Assembly: GCA_951813575.1 (NCBI GenBank)
Contig: OX638375.1
Location: 1,625,042-1,689,041 of the forward strand
Length of the DNA: 64,000 nucleotides
Direction of reading: 5' to 3'
Origin: Candidatus Binatia bacterium
Lineage (GTDB): Bacteria; Desulfobacterota; Binatia; UBA9968; JAJDTQ01
Both the position numbers and the translations under genes were made by a program. This document shows, one piece after another, positions 17,910 to 28,729 of the stretch (position 1 is its first letter; every line of letters begins with the position of its first letter). The notes beneath the pieces are model-generated. The model saw nothing but the letters and a program-made list of their open reading frames with translations, did no database searches and was not told where the DNA came from.

Positions 17910-18115
17910 AATAAGATTTCCTGCTATCGATCATTTGTGATCGTACCCGAGTGAGTCAATCTCATCCCTGACCGTTTGGTTCAGGATTTCCACGCGCCAG
18001 ACCATCCCCCGAATATACCGATTTTGATATAAGGGGCAAGCGGCGTCGACCACAGATGATCGGAAAATCTCGTACCGCTCCCGCTTTCCCGATGGGTCTG
18101 TGGTACAACGATTTC

Positions 18116-19003
18116 ATGACGCTCGCACGCAAGAAGAAACCCACGGACCGCCCCCTCTTGGGCGCCCACATGTCCATCGCGGGCGGGGTTCACAATGCGC
18201 TTCACGCGGGCGACAGCGTGGGTTGCGAGGCCGTCCAGATCTTTACCAAATCCTCGCGGCAGTGGGCCGCAAAGCCCTTGAGCGAGGACGACGTCCGCAC
18301 CTTCAAGGACACCCAGAAGGCCAGCGGGATCCACACGGTGGTGGCCCACGACTCCTACCTGCTGAACCTCGGCGCGCCAGACCGGGAGCTGCGGCAGAAG
18401 TCCGTGGCCGCCTTCGTGGACGAGATGGAGCGCTGCGAGGCTCTGGACATTCCCTGCCTCATCGCCCATCCGGGAGCCCACACCGGGGCGGGCGAACGAG
18501 TGGGCCTGCGTACAATCGCCCGTTCCCTGGACGCCATCCACCGGCGCTGCGCGGGCTTCAAGGTGCGCGTCGCGCTGGAGATCACCGCCGGGCAGGGCAC
18601 CAACCTGGGCTACCGCTTCGAGCACATCCGCAACATCATCGACGGCGTGAAGGAGAGCGACCGGCTCAGGGTGTGCTTCGACACCCAACACGCGTTCGCC
18701 GCCGGCTACGACATCCGCACCCGGGAAGGCTACGAAAGGACGTTCACCGAGTTCGACGAGACCATCGGGGTCAGGCTCCTGGCGGCGTTCCACCTGAACG
18801 ATTCGAAAAAGGAGCTCGACTGCCGTGTGGACCGTCACGAGATCCTCGGCAAGGGACACATCGATCTCGAACCGTTCCGCCTGCTGGTGAACGACAAGCG
18901 TTTCTTCGGCCTCCCCATGTGCCTCGAAACCCCCAAGGGCAAGGATTTAAAGGAGGACCGGGAAACCATCGAGTTGTTGCGGTCTTTCCGGGGTGGAGCG
19001 TAG
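18116..19003 (+). CDS. nfo: Endonuclease IV (apurinic/apyrimidinic endonuclease Nfo)
   Basis: The sequence has LLGAHMSIAGG, the H-D-H metal ligands and HLNDSK. ORF 18056 upstream of Met21 is an extension. Confidence 0.85.
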   Translation: MTLARKKKPTDRPLLGAHMSIAGGVHNALHAGDSVGCEAVQIFTKSSRQWAAKPLSEDDVRTFKDTQKASGIHTVVAHDSYLLNLGAPDRELRQKSVAAFVDEMERCEALDIPCLIAHPGAHTGAGERVGLRTIARSLDAIHRRCAGFKVRVALEITAGQGTNLGYRFEHIRNIIDGVKESDRLRVCFDTQHAFAAGYDIRTREGYERTFTEFDETIGVRLLAAFHLNDSKKELDCRVDRHEILGKGHIDLEPFRLLVNDKRFFGLPMCLETPKGKDLKEDRETIELLRSFRGGA

Positions 19004-19119
19004 GGCGCCCGCGGGCGACCTTTGATTCAAACGAAGATAGCAGTTAACCTGCGGTGGTTGGTCCTCACACGGACGGCGAGTTCCCTGTCACTTCGAACAT
19101 CAGGAAAGCGAGGCCGTTT

Positions 19120-20448
19120 GTGAGCACGCAGAGTCGTAACCCTGGAGACAAGCGGGTGCAGCAGGATGCGGGCGCGCGTCTGACGCGCCGGACGGTGGTC
19201 CGCGCCGGACTGGCCGCGATCCTGGCCCCGCCTTGGCTCCACTCCCTGAGCCCGGCCGATGCCGCCGCCATCCGAGGAATCGGACCTGACGGCGAGATCG
19301 TGCTGGGAGTGTCTGCCGCCTTCTCCGGCCCCTCCCGCGGCCTCGGCACCGAGCTCTACCGCGGCGCCAAGTCCTACTTCAACCACGTCAACGAGAACGG
19401 CGGCGTCAACGGCCGCAAGGTCGACCTGAAGCTCTACGACGACGGCTACCAGCCGGATCCCTGCGTCAAGAACACCGTCAAGCTGATACTGGAGGATCAG
19501 GTCTTCCTGCTCTTCGGCTACGTGGGCACCCCCACCGTCACCCGGGTGCTGCCGATGTTGAAGAAGTTCCAGGCCCAGCGGGTCTACCTGTTTTTCCCCT
19601 TCACCGGCGCCCAGCCCCAGCGGGAGCCGCCTTACGGCGACTTCGCCTTCAACCTCCGGGCTTCCTACCGCCAGGAGACCGCCGGCCTGGTGAACAACTT
19701 CATGCGCATCGGCCGGCAACGCATCGCCATGTTCTACCAGGCCGACGCGTACGGCCGCAGCGGCTGGGCGGGAGTGCGAGCGGCCCTGGCCAGGCACGGC
19801 GTCGAGATGGTCGGCGAGGCCACGTACCGGCGCGGATCGCGGTTCACGGGCAGCTTCCGGGCCCAGGTGGAGATTCTGAAGAAGGCCACTCCCGACGCCG
19901 TGATCTGCGTCGGCGCCTACGCCGCCTGCGCCGGCTTCGCCCGCGACGCGGTGGACCTGGGCCTGCGGGTCCCCATCGCCAACCTCTCCTTCGTCGGGAG
20001 CGAGAACCTGCTCAACCTGCTGTCGCAGGGGCAGGACGACCCCGATGCCTACGCCCGGTACCTGGTGAACTCGCAGGTGGTGCCCAGCTACGAGGACACC
20101 TCGATCCCGGCTGTCAAGGAGTACCGCGAGCTGATGGCGCGCTACGACCCCCAGGTCCCCGCGGAACTGGTAAAGGAGGCGTACACGCCGTTTCCGCACA
20201 GCTTCGTGAGCCTGGAGGGGTTCCTGGACGCCAAATTGATGGTGGAGATCCTCCGGCGGCTGAAGGGCAAGCCGGACAGGACCGGACTGGAGGAAGCGGT
20301 CTTCTCCGTGCGCGACTTCGACCTGGGAATCGGCGAGGCGGTATCCTTCGGACCGGATCGCAGGCAGGGGTTGCAGAAGGTCTACTACACAGTCGTCGAG
20401 GACGGCCGGTTCGTCACCCTGGACGACTGGAAAGCCAAGTTCGGGTAA
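19120..20448 (+). CDS. Periplasmic substrate-binding protein of the LivK/branched-chain amino acid (PBP1) type. It has a Tat-like RRTVVRAGLAAILA leader; the exact start is uncertain.
   Basis: It has a type-I periplasmic binding fold (KLYDDGYQPDPCVKNTVKLILEDQVFLLFGYVGTP). Confidence 0.7.
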   Translation: MSTQSRNPGDKRVQQDAGARLTRRTVVRAGLAAILAPPWLHSLSPADAAAIRGIGPDGEIVLGVSAAFSGPSRGLGTELYRGAKSYFNHVNENGGVNGRKVDLKLYDDGYQPDPCVKNTVKLILEDQVFLLFGYVGTPTVTRVLPMLKKFQAQRVYLFFPFTGAQPQREPPYGDFAFNLRASYRQETAGLVNNFMRIGRQRIAMFYQADAYGRSGWAGVRAALARHGVEMVGEATYRRGSRFTGSFRAQVEILKKATPDAVICVGAYAACAGFARDAVDLGLRVPIANLSFVGSENLLNLLSQGQDDPDAYARYLVNSQVVPSYEDTSIPAVKEYRELMARYDPQVPAELVKEAYTPFPHSFVSLEGFLDAKLMVEILRRLKGKPDRTGLEEAVFSVRDFDLGIGEAVSFGPDRRQGLQKVYYTVVEDGRFVTLDDWKAKFG

Positions 20449-20450
20449 CC

Positions 20451-21197
20451 ATGAAAATACGAAAGCTGTTCCAGAAGACCCAGTTCGGCATCTTCGCGCT
20501 GTTCGGCCTGATCGTGCTGTCCACTTCGGCGCTGACCATCTACACCGTGCAGACCCATCTGTCGACGGAGTACGAGAGCAACAGCCGGAACATCGCCAAG
20601 ACCATCGCCGACGCCAGCGTCGACATCCTGCTGAACCGCAACCTGGCCACGCTCCAGTCGCTCATCGACCAGTTCGTGGAGATCCAGGGCATCCGCTACG
20701 TCTACATCACCAGCGACAACGGCGAGTATCTGGCCCACACCTTCGTTCCCGGCATCCCCGAAGCGATCCGCAACAGCGACCCATTCGAAACCGCCACGGT
20801 CAAGCGGACGCTGCCGGGGATGGGCGAGTTCGTGGAGGTCGGCAGCCCGATCCTGGCGGGTTTCGCGGGCACCGTGCACGTGGGCATGGATCTCGACGTC
20901 ATCGGCCTGAAGATCCAGCGGGCCATCGGCCAACAGGTCTACCTCATCTCCATCCTGCTGCTGGTGGGAGTCCTGGGCTCCATCTGGTTCGTCAACCTGG
21001 CCGCCAGGCCGTTGGGGGATCTGCTGGCTTTCGCCGTAAAGCTTGCCCGGCAGGAGGAACCGGACGGCGCACAGGACGAACGAATCCTCGCCCGAGACGA
21101 CGAGGCCGGAGAGCTGGCGCGGCTGCTCCTTCACGTGGCGCAACACAAGAACGCACCCGACGAACCGCCTCCGCCGGCGGCCAAGGGCGCGGGTTAG
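20451..21197 (+). CDS. Membrane sensor-domain protein: TM, ~140-aa periplasmic domain, TM, then a HAMP-like helix. It lacks a kinase or any other output domain.
   Basis: Two hydrophobic segments flank the periplasmic domain. It starts 3 nt after the binding-protein gene stop. Confidence 0.5.
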   Translation: MKIRKLFQKTQFGIFALFGLIVLSTSALTIYTVQTHLSTEYESNSRNIAKTIADASVDILLNRNLATLQSLIDQFVEIQGIRYVYITSDNGEYLAHTFVPGIPEAIRNSDPFETATVKRTLPGMGEFVEVGSPILAGFAGTVHVGMDLDVIGLKIQRAIGQQVYLISILLLVGVLGSIWFVNLAARPLGDLLAFAVKLARQEEPDGAQDERILARDDEAGELARLLLHVAQHKNAPDEPPPPAAKGAG

Positions 21198-21212
21198 GCG
21201 TCCGTACCGGAC

Positions 21213-22535
21213 TTGGTCCCGGAGGTTTCCGAGGTGGGCATTCGAAGGATCGGCATCGCGTTCTTCTGCACCATGCTGCAGATATGCTTCGGGACCGTCT
21301 ATGCCTGGAGCTTCTTCCAGACCATGCTGGTGCACCAGTCCGGCTGGACCCACACGGAGACGGCCTGGGCCTTCAGCATCGCGATCTTCTCCCTCGGCAC
21401 CTCCGCGGCGTGGGCGGGCTCGGCGCTGGGGCGGCTGGGACCCCGGCGGCTGGCTCTCACCGGCAGCCTGATGTTCTCGGGCGGTTACGTGATCGCCAGC
21501 GCGGCGCTGTGGCTGGAGTACCTGCCGCTCTTCTACGTCGGGTACGGCGTCATCGGCGGGGCGGGCATCGGGCTCGGCTACGTGACCCCGGTGGCGACCG
21601 TGGCCAAGTGGTTCCCCGACAAGAAGGGCCTGGTCACCGGCATCGTCGTCATGGGCTTCGGAGTGGGGGCGCTGCTCCTGAGCAAGGGGCTGGCCCCTTT
21701 TCTGGTGGTGCGCACCGGGGGCGACCTGGCCCTGGTCTTCCTCTGGCTCGGCATCATATTCGCCGGGATCCTGATCCCCTGCAGCCTGGCCTTGAGCGAT
21801 CCCGGGACGCCGGTGAAGGCTCCAGGCGGCTCCGGGACACACCCCGACGCCGTGGAGCCGGACACCACGCTGCCCTACCTCACCTCCAGCCAGTTCGTCA
21901 TCATGTGGACCGTTTTCTTCTTCAACATCGCCGCCGGCATCTCCGTCATCAGCTTTCAGTCGGAGCTGCTGCAGGAAGTATGGGGCCTGGCCGATCCCTC
22001 GGTGGAACCCGCGGTGCTGGTCGAGTACGGCGCCACGCTGATCGCCGCCAGCTCGGTCTGCAACGGCGTGGGGCGGTTGTTCTGGGGCCTGCTGTCGGAC
22101 CGCATCGGCCGGGTCAAGGTGTTCCGAATCCTCCTGGCCAGCCAGATGGTCGTGTTCGGGGTCCTCATGACCGAGGAGAACCCGTGGGTCTTCTCCGTGC
22201 TGGTGTGCTATGTGCTGCTCTGTTTCGGAGGCGGTTTCGCCACCATGCCGCCCTACATCCTGGACGTGTTCGGCGCGGAGAAGATGGCGAAGATGTATGG
22301 TGTGGTGCTCACCGCGTGGGCCGCGGCAGGCATCTGCGGGCCGCTCTACGTGGGCTATCTGAAGGACTCGTACCCGGACCGGGCCGTCATGTACTGTTTC
22401 CTGATCGGGATCCTGATGCTCGGAGCCGGCTACCTGTTCTCCTATCTGCTGAACGATGGACGGCTCCGGCTGGGCCGTCCGACCCTGGAGACCACGCTTC
22501 ACCAATACGGAATTCCGGTAAGGAGCGCAGGATGA
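21213..22535 (+). CDS. MFS transporter, oxalate/formate antiporter (OFA)-like
   Basis: It has 12 transmembrane segments and the OFA-type N-terminus (FFCTMLQICFGTVYAWSFF). Confidence 0.7.
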   Translation: MVPEVSEVGIRRIGIAFFCTMLQICFGTVYAWSFFQTMLVHQSGWTHTETAWAFSIAIFSLGTSAAWAGSALGRLGPRRLALTGSLMFSGGYVIASAALWLEYLPLFYVGYGVIGGAGIGLGYVTPVATVAKWFPDKKGLVTGIVVMGFGVGALLLSKGLAPFLVVRTGGDLALVFLWLGIIFAGILIPCSLALSDPGTPVKAPGGSGTHPDAVEPDTTLPYLTSSQFVIMWTVFFFNIAAGISVISFQSELLQEVWGLADPSVEPAVLVEYGATLIAASSVCNGVGRLFWGLLSDRIGRVKVFRILLASQMVVFGVLMTEENPWVFSVLVCYVLLCFGGGFATMPPYILDVFGAEKMAKMYGVVLTAWAAAGICGPLYVGYLKDSYPDRAVMYCFLIGILMLGAGYLFSYLLNDGRLRLGRPTLETTLHQYGIPVRSAG

Positions 22536-23161
22536 AGTTCTACGACTGCAGCACGGCGCCGAGCCCGCGCCGGGTGCGCATCTTCATCGCCGAAAAGGGC
22601 CTGGACATCCCCACGGTGCAGGTGGACCTGCGCAAGGGCGAGCATCTCACCGAACCCTTCCGGAGCCTCAACCCCTGGTGCACGGTGCCGGTGCTGGAGC
22701 TCGACGACGGCACCGCCATCAGCGAGGCGGTGGCGGTGTGCCGGTACCTGGAGGACGCCCGTCCCGAGCCGCCCCTGATGGGCGTGGACGCGCGTGACCG
22801 GGCCGTGGTGGCCATGTGGGAGCACCGCTTCGAGATCGACGGCTTCCTGGCCGTGACCGAAGCCTTCCGCAACCAGGTCAGGGGACTCGCCGGGCGGGCG
22901 CTGACCGGACCGGGCAACGTCGAGCAGATCCCGGAGCTGGTGACACGGGGGCGCGGGCGGGTGGAACGGTTCTTCACCGTCCTCGACGAGCAACTCGCCC
23001 ATCATCCCTTTGTCGCCGGCGAGCGTTACACCATCGCCGACATCACGGCACAGGTGGCGGTGGACTTCGCGGGCTGGATCAAGATGAGCCTGCCGCCCGG
23101 TCACCGCCACGCCGTCGACTGGTATCGGCGGGTCAGCAAGCGTCCCAGCGCCGCCGCGTAG
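22532..23161 (+). CDS. Glutathione S-transferase
   Basis: It is the 209-aa C-terminal part of ORF 21284..23161. It has the thioredoxin-like N-terminal motifs (CTVPVLELDDG) and the GST C-terminal domain. Confidence 0.8.
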   Translation: MKFYDCSTAPSPRRVRIFIAEKGLDIPTVQVDLRKGEHLTEPFRSLNPWCTVPVLELDDGTAISEAVAVCRYLEDARPEPPLMGVDARDRAVVAMWEHRFEIDGFLAVTEAFRNQVRGLAGRALTGPGNVEQIPELVTRGRGRVERFFTVLDEQLAHHPFVAGERYTIADITAQVAVDFAGWIKMSLPPGHRHAVDWYRRVSKRPSAAA

Positions 23162-23345
23162 GGTCGTGGGTGTGTGCCGCGGCATCCCCGAGAGCGGGGA
23201 GGGCGGCGTCCCGGAAATCTGTTGACGGCCGGCGGACGTGATCCGTGACCCCAATCCGCCACCCGTTTCGCGCGAAGCAGAACAGCCCGACCCCGGCAGA
23301 ACCGTCGCCTGATTTCCGGGACGCCGCCCTCCCCGCCCGGCTGCC

Positions 23346-24032
23346 TCACGACCCCGGCCAGAGCCCGAAGCTCTTGCCGTCCGGCAGAAATGACTTGAAC
23401 ACCTGGTCTTCGACCCCGGCATCCTTCACCTCTCCACCGAGGACCCCGGAAAAGAAGATGCGCAGCATCTGCTCGATGAGGGGCCGGAGCGACGGGTCCC
23501 GGCTGGGATTGTACCAGGTGTAGATCCAGTTCATCATGCCGAACAGCGCCAGCGCCGCCACCCGCACGTTCAGCCCTTGGATCCCCTGCCGCTGCTGAAG
23601 CTCCTCCACCAGATCCACCAGGACCTTGAGGTAGCGCCGCTTGAGATCCAGGATCCGTTTCGCGTAGTCCGCCGTCAGCGCGGTGTCCTCCCGCGACATG
23701 ACCTTCATCTCGTTCATGTTGTGCAGGAAGAAACCGAGGTGGTTGTGGACGAAAAGCGCGATCTTCTCTTGCGGAGCCTTCCCGGACTCCTGGATCCTGC
23801 GCCCGTTTTCGAGCAGGGTCACGAGGCAGCGCTCCTGAATCAGACAGAGAAGCTCTTCCTTGGTGCGGAAATAGTAGTAAAGACCGGCGAGGCTCATCCC
23901 CGTCGCGCGGCTGATCTCGCGGATGGAGGTTCCGTCGAATCCCTTCTCCGCGAATATCGTGGCGGCGTGCTCGAGGATCTGCTGCAGCTTTTCGTCGTGG
24001 TGAGTGGTGGACGACCCCGAATCGTTGGGCAT
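23346..24032 (-). CDS. TetR/AcrR-family transcriptional regulator
   Basis: The HTH reads FAEKGFDGTSIREISRATGMSLAGLYYYF. It is divergent from the beta-oxidation genes. Confidence 0.85.
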   Translation of the reverse strand: MPNDSGSSTTHHDEKLQQILEHAATIFAEKGFDGTSIREISRATGMSLAGLYYYFRTKEELLCLIQERCLVTLLENGRRIQESGKAPQEKIALFVHNHLGFFLHNMNEMKVMSREDTALTADYAKRILDLKRRYLKVLVDLVEELQQRQGIQGLNVRVAALALFGMMNWIYTWYNPSRDPSLRPLIEQMLRIFFSGVLGGEVKDAGVEDQVFKSFLPDGKSFGLWPGS

Positions 24033-24122
24033 CAGCAGGGATCTTGTCAGACGGGGTCCTCGAAGTCAACGAAACCGCTACGTTGAATCCCCATACCTCA
24101 TGGTGTATAGCTCCCCCGTTAT

Positions 24123-24896
24123 ATGGAATTCGAAAACATCGTCATCGAGCGCGACGGGGCCGTGGCGATTGCCACGCTGAACCGCCCGAAGCAGCTCAAC
24201 GCCCTGTCGTTCGGGCTATGCAAGGACCTGTGCCTGGCCTTGGAAGAGCTCGACGCGGATGACTCCGTGCGGGCCTTCATCATCACCGGCGGCGAACGCG
24301 CCTTCGCCGCCGGCGCCGACATCCACGAGATGGTGGACGCCACCCCGTTCGCCGGAACAGGACATGACCGGCTGGCCTTCAGGGACCGCATCAACCACCT
24401 GTCGAAACCGGTGATCGCGGCGGTGAGCGGCTTCGCGCTGGGAGGCGGCTGCGAGCTGGCCATGAGCTGCGACATCATCATCGCTTCGGAGTCCGCCGTG
24501 TTCGGCCAGCCCGAGGTCAACCTGGGCACCATACCGGGCTCCGGGGGGACCCAGCGGCTGACCCGTCTCGTGGGCAAGCACAAGGCCATGGAGCTGGTGC
24601 TCACCGGCCGGTTCATGGACGCGGCGGAAGCGGCGCGGTGCGGCCTGGTGAACAAGGTCGTGCCGGTGGAAGTCCTGCTCGACGAGGCCATGGCCATGGC
24701 CCGGACCATCGCCGCCAAGCCGCCCCTCGCCATCCGTTTGGCCAAGGAAGCCATACTCAAGGCCGCCAACGCGCCTCTGGACGAGGGGCTGGCCTTCGAA
24801 CGCAAGTCCTTCTGCATGCTGTTCGCGTCGGAGGATCGGAGAGAGGGCATGCAGGCGTTCGTCGACAAGCGCACGCCCGAGTTCAAGGGAAAATGA
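24123..24896 (+). CDS. Enoyl-CoA hydratase (crotonase family)
   Basis: The sequence has AFAAGADI and GGGCELAMSCD. Its stop overlaps the next gene's start in an ATGA. Confidence 0.85.
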   Translation: MEFENIVIERDGAVAIATLNRPKQLNALSFGLCKDLCLALEELDADDSVRAFIITGGERAFAAGADIHEMVDATPFAGTGHDRLAFRDRINHLSKPVIAAVSGFALGGGCELAMSCDIIIASESAVFGQPEVNLGTIPGSGGTQRLTRLVGKHKAMELVLTGRFMDAAEAARCGLVNKVVPVEVLLDEAMAMARTIAAKPPLAIRLAKEAILKAANAPLDEGLAFERKSFCMLFASEDRREGMQAFVDKRTPEFKGK

Positions 24897-25675
24897 GCTA
24901 CGAAACCATTCTCTATGAGAAGCGGGACGGGGTCGCCACCATCACCCTGAACCGGCCCGAGGCGCTCAACGCGTTCACCGCGCAGATGAACCGGGAGCTT
25001 CTGGATGCCCTCAAGGACGGCAACCGGGACAAGGCGGTCCGCTGCTTCGTCCTCACGGGCGCCGGCGACCGGGCCTTCTGTGCCGGCCAGGATCTCAAGG
25101 AGCGCTCGCCGGACCGGAAGGGCTCCCTGGGGGAATCCCTGAGGTCGCGCTACAACCCCATCATCCTCGCCATCCGCCGCACCGAGAAGATCGTGCTCTG
25201 CGCCGTCAACGGCGTGGCGGCGGGGGCGGGGTGCAACCTGACCCTGGCCTGCGACCTGCGCATCGCCTCGGACAACGCGCGTTTCATCGAGGCCTTCGTG
25301 CGCGTGGGTCTCGGCCCGGACTGCGGCGGGAGCTACTTCATGCCGCGGCTCATCGGGCTCGGCAAGGCCACCGAGCTGTTCCTGCTGGGAGAGCCCATGG
25401 GCGCCGAGGATGCGCTTCGTTACGGGCTGGTGACCAAGGTCGTTCCATCGGCGGAACTGGCGGCGGAAACCCGGGCCATGGCAGAGAGACTGGCGCGCGG
25501 ACCTCGAAGCGCGGGCCTGATCAAGAGGACGCTCAACCGGTCCATGTACGCCGAGCTCGAAGCGCAGCTCGAATACGAGGCCTGCACCCAGGAGATCGCC
25601 GGCCGCACCGCCGACTACGACGAGGGGGTCCGCGCTTTCACGGAGAAGCGGGCCCCGGCGTTCAAGGGGGAGTAG
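24893..25675 (+). CDS. Enoyl-CoA hydratase/isomerase family protein, second paralogue
   Basis: It is 260 aa (lower part of ORF 24638..25675) and has crotonase-fold motifs. Confidence 0.8.
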   Translation: MSYETILYEKRDGVATITLNRPEALNAFTAQMNRELLDALKDGNRDKAVRCFVLTGAGDRAFCAGQDLKERSPDRKGSLGESLRSRYNPIILAIRRTEKIVLCAVNGVAAGAGCNLTLACDLRIASDNARFIEAFVRVGLGPDCGGSYFMPRLIGLGKATELFLLGEPMGAEDALRYGLVTKVVPSAELAAETRAMAERLARGPRSAGLIKRTLNRSMYAELEAQLEYEACTQEIAGRTADYDEGVRAFTEKRAPAFKGE

Positions 25676-25714
25676 GGTCCCGAAGGCACCCGCGGGCTCC
25701 CCGGAAAATCGATC

Positions 25715-26572
25715 ATGGTCAACGAGAACAAGATCGGGGTGATCGGCGCCGGCACCATGGGCGCCGGCATCGCCCAGGTGGCCGTTCAGGGCGGCTTCGA
25801 GGCGGTGGTGTACGATATCTCCCAGGACTTCCTCGACCACGGCCTGGGGAGAATACGGGGCTTCATCGGCCGCAGCCGGGAAAAAGGCAACATCGACGAG
25901 GACGAAGAAAAGCGTATTCTCTCGCGCCTCGCCGGCTCGCTGGCCCTGGAGGACCTTGCCGACGCCGCCCTCGTCATCGAAGCGGCCACGGAGAATCTCG
26001 AGGTCAAGCGGGAGCTTTTCCAGAAGCTGGACGCCGCCTGCGCCGCGGAAACCCTCTTGGCCACCAACACGTCGTCCTTGTCGGTGACGGCCATCGGCGG
26101 CGCGGTGAAGGACGCCTCCCGGGTCCTGGGCATGCATTTCTTCAATCCCGCGCCGCTCATGGGGCTGGTGGAGGTGGTGCAGGGCGAGCTGACCAGCACC
26201 GCCACGGTGGCCAAGGCGGCGGACATCGCCAGAAGGTTCGGAAAGACGCCGGTCCGCGCCAAGGACACCCCCGGGTTCATCGTCAACCGCATCGCCAGGC
26301 CGTTCTACAACGAGGCCCTCCGGATCCTGGGGGACGGGGGTGTAGGCGTGGAGACGGTGGACCGGATCATGAGGGAATCCGGCGGCTTTCGCATGGGGCC
26401 CTTCGAGCTTCAGGACCTGATCGGCATCGATATCAACTTCACGGCCACGGAGACCCTCTACCGGGCATTCTTCGAAGACCCGCGCTTCCGGCCGAGTCCG
26501 TTGCAGCAGAAGCTGTATCTGGCCGGACACCTCGGACGAAAGACCGGGAAAGGTTTCTACAACTATGAGTAG
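25715..26572 (+). CDS. 3-hydroxybutyryl-CoA / 3-hydroxyacyl-CoA dehydrogenase
   Basis: It has the NAD-binding [12 protein letters not shown] Rossmann motif plus the C-terminal domain. Confidence 0.85.
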   Translation: MVNENKIGVIGAGTMGAGIAQVAVQGGFEAVVYDISQDFLDHGLGRIRGFIGRSREKGNIDEDEEKRILSRLAGSLALEDLADAALVIEAATENLEVKRELFQKLDAACAAETLLATNTSSLSVTAIGGAVKDASRVLGMHFFNPAPLMGLVEVVQGELTSTATVAKAADIARRFGKTPVRAKDTPGFIVNRIARPFYNEALRILGDGGVGVETVDRIMRESGGFRMGPFELQDLIGIDINFTATETLYRAFFEDPRFRPSPLQQKLYLAGHLGRKTGKGFYNYE

Positions 26573-27308
26573 CGTGGCGATCCTCGGCGCCAACCGTCTG
26601 GCGGAGGACTGGCACCGGCTGGCCACGGACAAAGGGCTCGCCGCGACTCGGTACGCGCGCGCCGCGGAAGTAGACCCTGCCACCGAGGTAGTGGTGGACA
26701 CCCTGGCGCACGGGCACGAACGAAAGCGGCAACTGCTGGAAGATCTCGACGCCGCGGTGCCGGGGGCGGCGGTGGTCCTGAGCTCAAGTGTCCGTTGGTC
26801 CGCCACCACCATCGGCTGCTGGAGCCGCCGGCCCCAACGAGTGGTCGGTTTCGCCACCTTCCACCCCCTGGCGCAGCGAAACGTCATCGAGCTCGCACGC
26901 GGGCTCGACACGGCCGACGAAGCCTTCCGGGCAGCGGCATCGCTGGTCCGGAGCGTGGGCAAGCAGAGCGTCGAGGTCAAGGATGCCCCCGGTCTCGTGT
27001 TCCCCCGAATCCTGAGCCTCATCATCAACGAAGCCGCCCGCAGCCTGGACGAGGGCGTCGCCACCGCCGAGGAGATCGACATCGCGCTCAGGCTGGGAAC
27101 CAACTATCCCCAGGGACCGCTCCGCTGGGCCGACGAGATCGGCCTGGACGAGGTGTTGGCGGTCATCGAAGGACTCCAGGAAGAGACCGGCGACGACCGT
27201 TACCGGCCCGCGCCCCTGTTGAGGAAGCTGGTGGCGGCCGGACGTCTCGGCGAGACCACGGGACGAGGGTTCTACGACCACGGGGGAAAGGCCGATGCCG
27301 GCCCTTGA
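26565..27308 (+). CDS. 3-hydroxyacyl-CoA dehydrogenase family paralogue with a degenerate NAD-binding motif
   Basis: The C-terminal domain matches the family ([11 protein letters not shown]...[23 protein letters not shown]). The N-terminal GxGxxG motif is replaced by GANRLA. Confidence 0.6.
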   Translation: MSSVAILGANRLAEDWHRLATDKGLAATRYARAAEVDPATEVVVDTLAHGHERKRQLLEDLDAAVPGAAVVLSSSVRWSATTIGCWSRRPQRVVGFATFHPLAQRNVIELARGLDTADEAFRAAASLVRSVGKQSVEVKDAPGLVFPRILSLIINEAARSLDEGVATAEEIDIALRLGTNYPQGPLRWADEIGLDEVLAVIEGLQEETGDDRYRPAPLLRKLVAAGRLGETTGRGFYDHGGKADAGP

Positions 27309-27378
27309 CCAGGGTCCCGTGGTATTGGAAGATTGAGTCTGAAACGCGGCGGCCACGCCGCTACAGGAAAGGCGCATC

Positions 27379-28581
27379 ATGCCCGAAGCCGTCATCGTCG
27401 ACGCCGCCCGCACCCCCATGGGACGCTACGGAGGGATTCTGAAGGACATCCGACCGGATGATCTGGCAGCCCACGTCATCGCCAGGCTCATCGCCCGGAA
27501 CGGCATCGACAAGGAGGCCATCGAGGACGTGATCCTCGGTTGCACGAATCAGGCCGGGGAGGACTGCCGCAACGTCGGCCGCAACGCCTCCCTGCTGGCC
27601 GGCATTCCGGACTCGGTGCCCGGCGCCACCGTGAACCGCCTCTGCGGTTCCGGGCTGGAAGCGGTCAACCAGGCGGGACGGGCGGTCGGGGCCGAGGAAG
27701 GCGACCTGTTCGTGGCGGGCGGCGTCGAGTTGATGACCCGCGCCCCGCTCGTCATGCCCAAGGGGGCCGCCCCGTTCGCCCGCGGTGACGTCACGGTCTA
27801 CGACAGCGTGCTCGGATGGCGTTTCCCAAACCCCCGCATGGGTGAGCTGTATCCGCTCGTGAGCCTGGGCGAGACCGCGGAGAACGTGGCGGAGAGGTAC
27901 TCGGTAACCCGCGAGCAGCAGGATGCCTTCGGGCTCAAGAGCCATCGCAACGCGGTGGCGGCCCAGGAGGCGGGACGCCTGGACGACGAGATCATTCCCG
28001 TGCCGGTACCCCAGCGGCGTGGCGACCCGGTGGCGCACAGCCGCGATGAAGGTCCCCGGCCGGACACCAGCCTGGAACAGCTCGCCGCCCTGAGGCCGGC
28101 CTTCGCCAAGAACGGCACGGTCACCGCGGGCAACTCGTCGCCGTTGTCCGACGGCGCCGCCGCGCTGGTCGTCGCCTCCCGCGAGAAGGCGGAGGCGTTG
28201 AAGCTGAAACCCATGGTCCGGATCGTCGCTTCGGCGGTGGCCGGAGTGGACCCCGCCTTCATGGGCATCGGACCCATACCGGCCAGCCGCAAGGCGCTGG
28301 AGCGGGCGGGACTGACCGCGGACCAGTTGGATCTGGTGGAGCTCAACGAGGCCTTCGCCTCCCAGTCGCTGGCATGCGTCAGGGAACTCGATCTGGATCC
28401 GGCCAAGGTCAACGTCAACGGCGGCGCCATCGCCCTGGGACACCCCTTGGGTTGCAGCGGAGCCAGGATCATGACAACGTTGATCCATGAAATGAAACGG
28501 CGCGGCAGCCGCTACGGCATGGCCACCATGTGCATCGGCGTGGGGCAGGGTATCGCAACCGTGGTGGAACGGGCCGACTAG
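27379..28581 (+). CDS. Acetyl-CoA C-acyltransferase (thiolase)
   Basis: It has thiolase motifs ([27 protein letters not shown]). Confidence 0.9.
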   Translation: MPEAVIVDAARTPMGRYGGILKDIRPDDLAAHVIARLIARNGIDKEAIEDVILGCTNQAGEDCRNVGRNASLLAGIPDSVPGATVNRLCGSGLEAVNQAGRAVGAEEGDLFVAGGVELMTRAPLVMPKGAAPFARGDVTVYDSVLGWRFPNPRMGELYPLVSLGETAENVAERYSVTREQQDAFGLKSHRNAVAAQEAGRLDDEIIPVPVPQRRGDPVAHSRDEGPRPDTSLEQLAALRPAFAKNGTVTAGNSSPLSDGAAALVVASREKAEALKLKPMVRIVASAVAGVDPAFMGIGPIPASRKALERAGLTADQLDLVELNEAFASQSLACVRELDLDPAKVNVNGGAIALGHPLGCSGARIMTTLIHEMKRRGSRYGMATMCIGVGQGIATVVERAD

Positions 28582-28729
28582 CCGGCCCGGCCCGGTGCAT
28601 TGGTCGATTGAACTCAACATATGGTATTGGCGGCAAAGCACTGAATCGTATATGTTTTGGTCTGTAATACGCCCGCTCCTTGAGTGGAACAGGAGTTCAT
28701 TCAGGAGGTAGGCGGGAAGACCTCGAGGA

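Noticed and set aside
20385-22505. 706-aa minus-strand ORF
   Set aside because: It is antisense to the MFS transporter and the sensor gene, both of which have clear family features. It has low complexity and Arg/Gly/Pro-rich composition.
24119-27103. 994-aa minus-strand ORF
   Set aside because: It is antisense to the enoyl-CoA hydratase and hydroxyacyl-CoA dehydrogenase genes, which have clear homologies.
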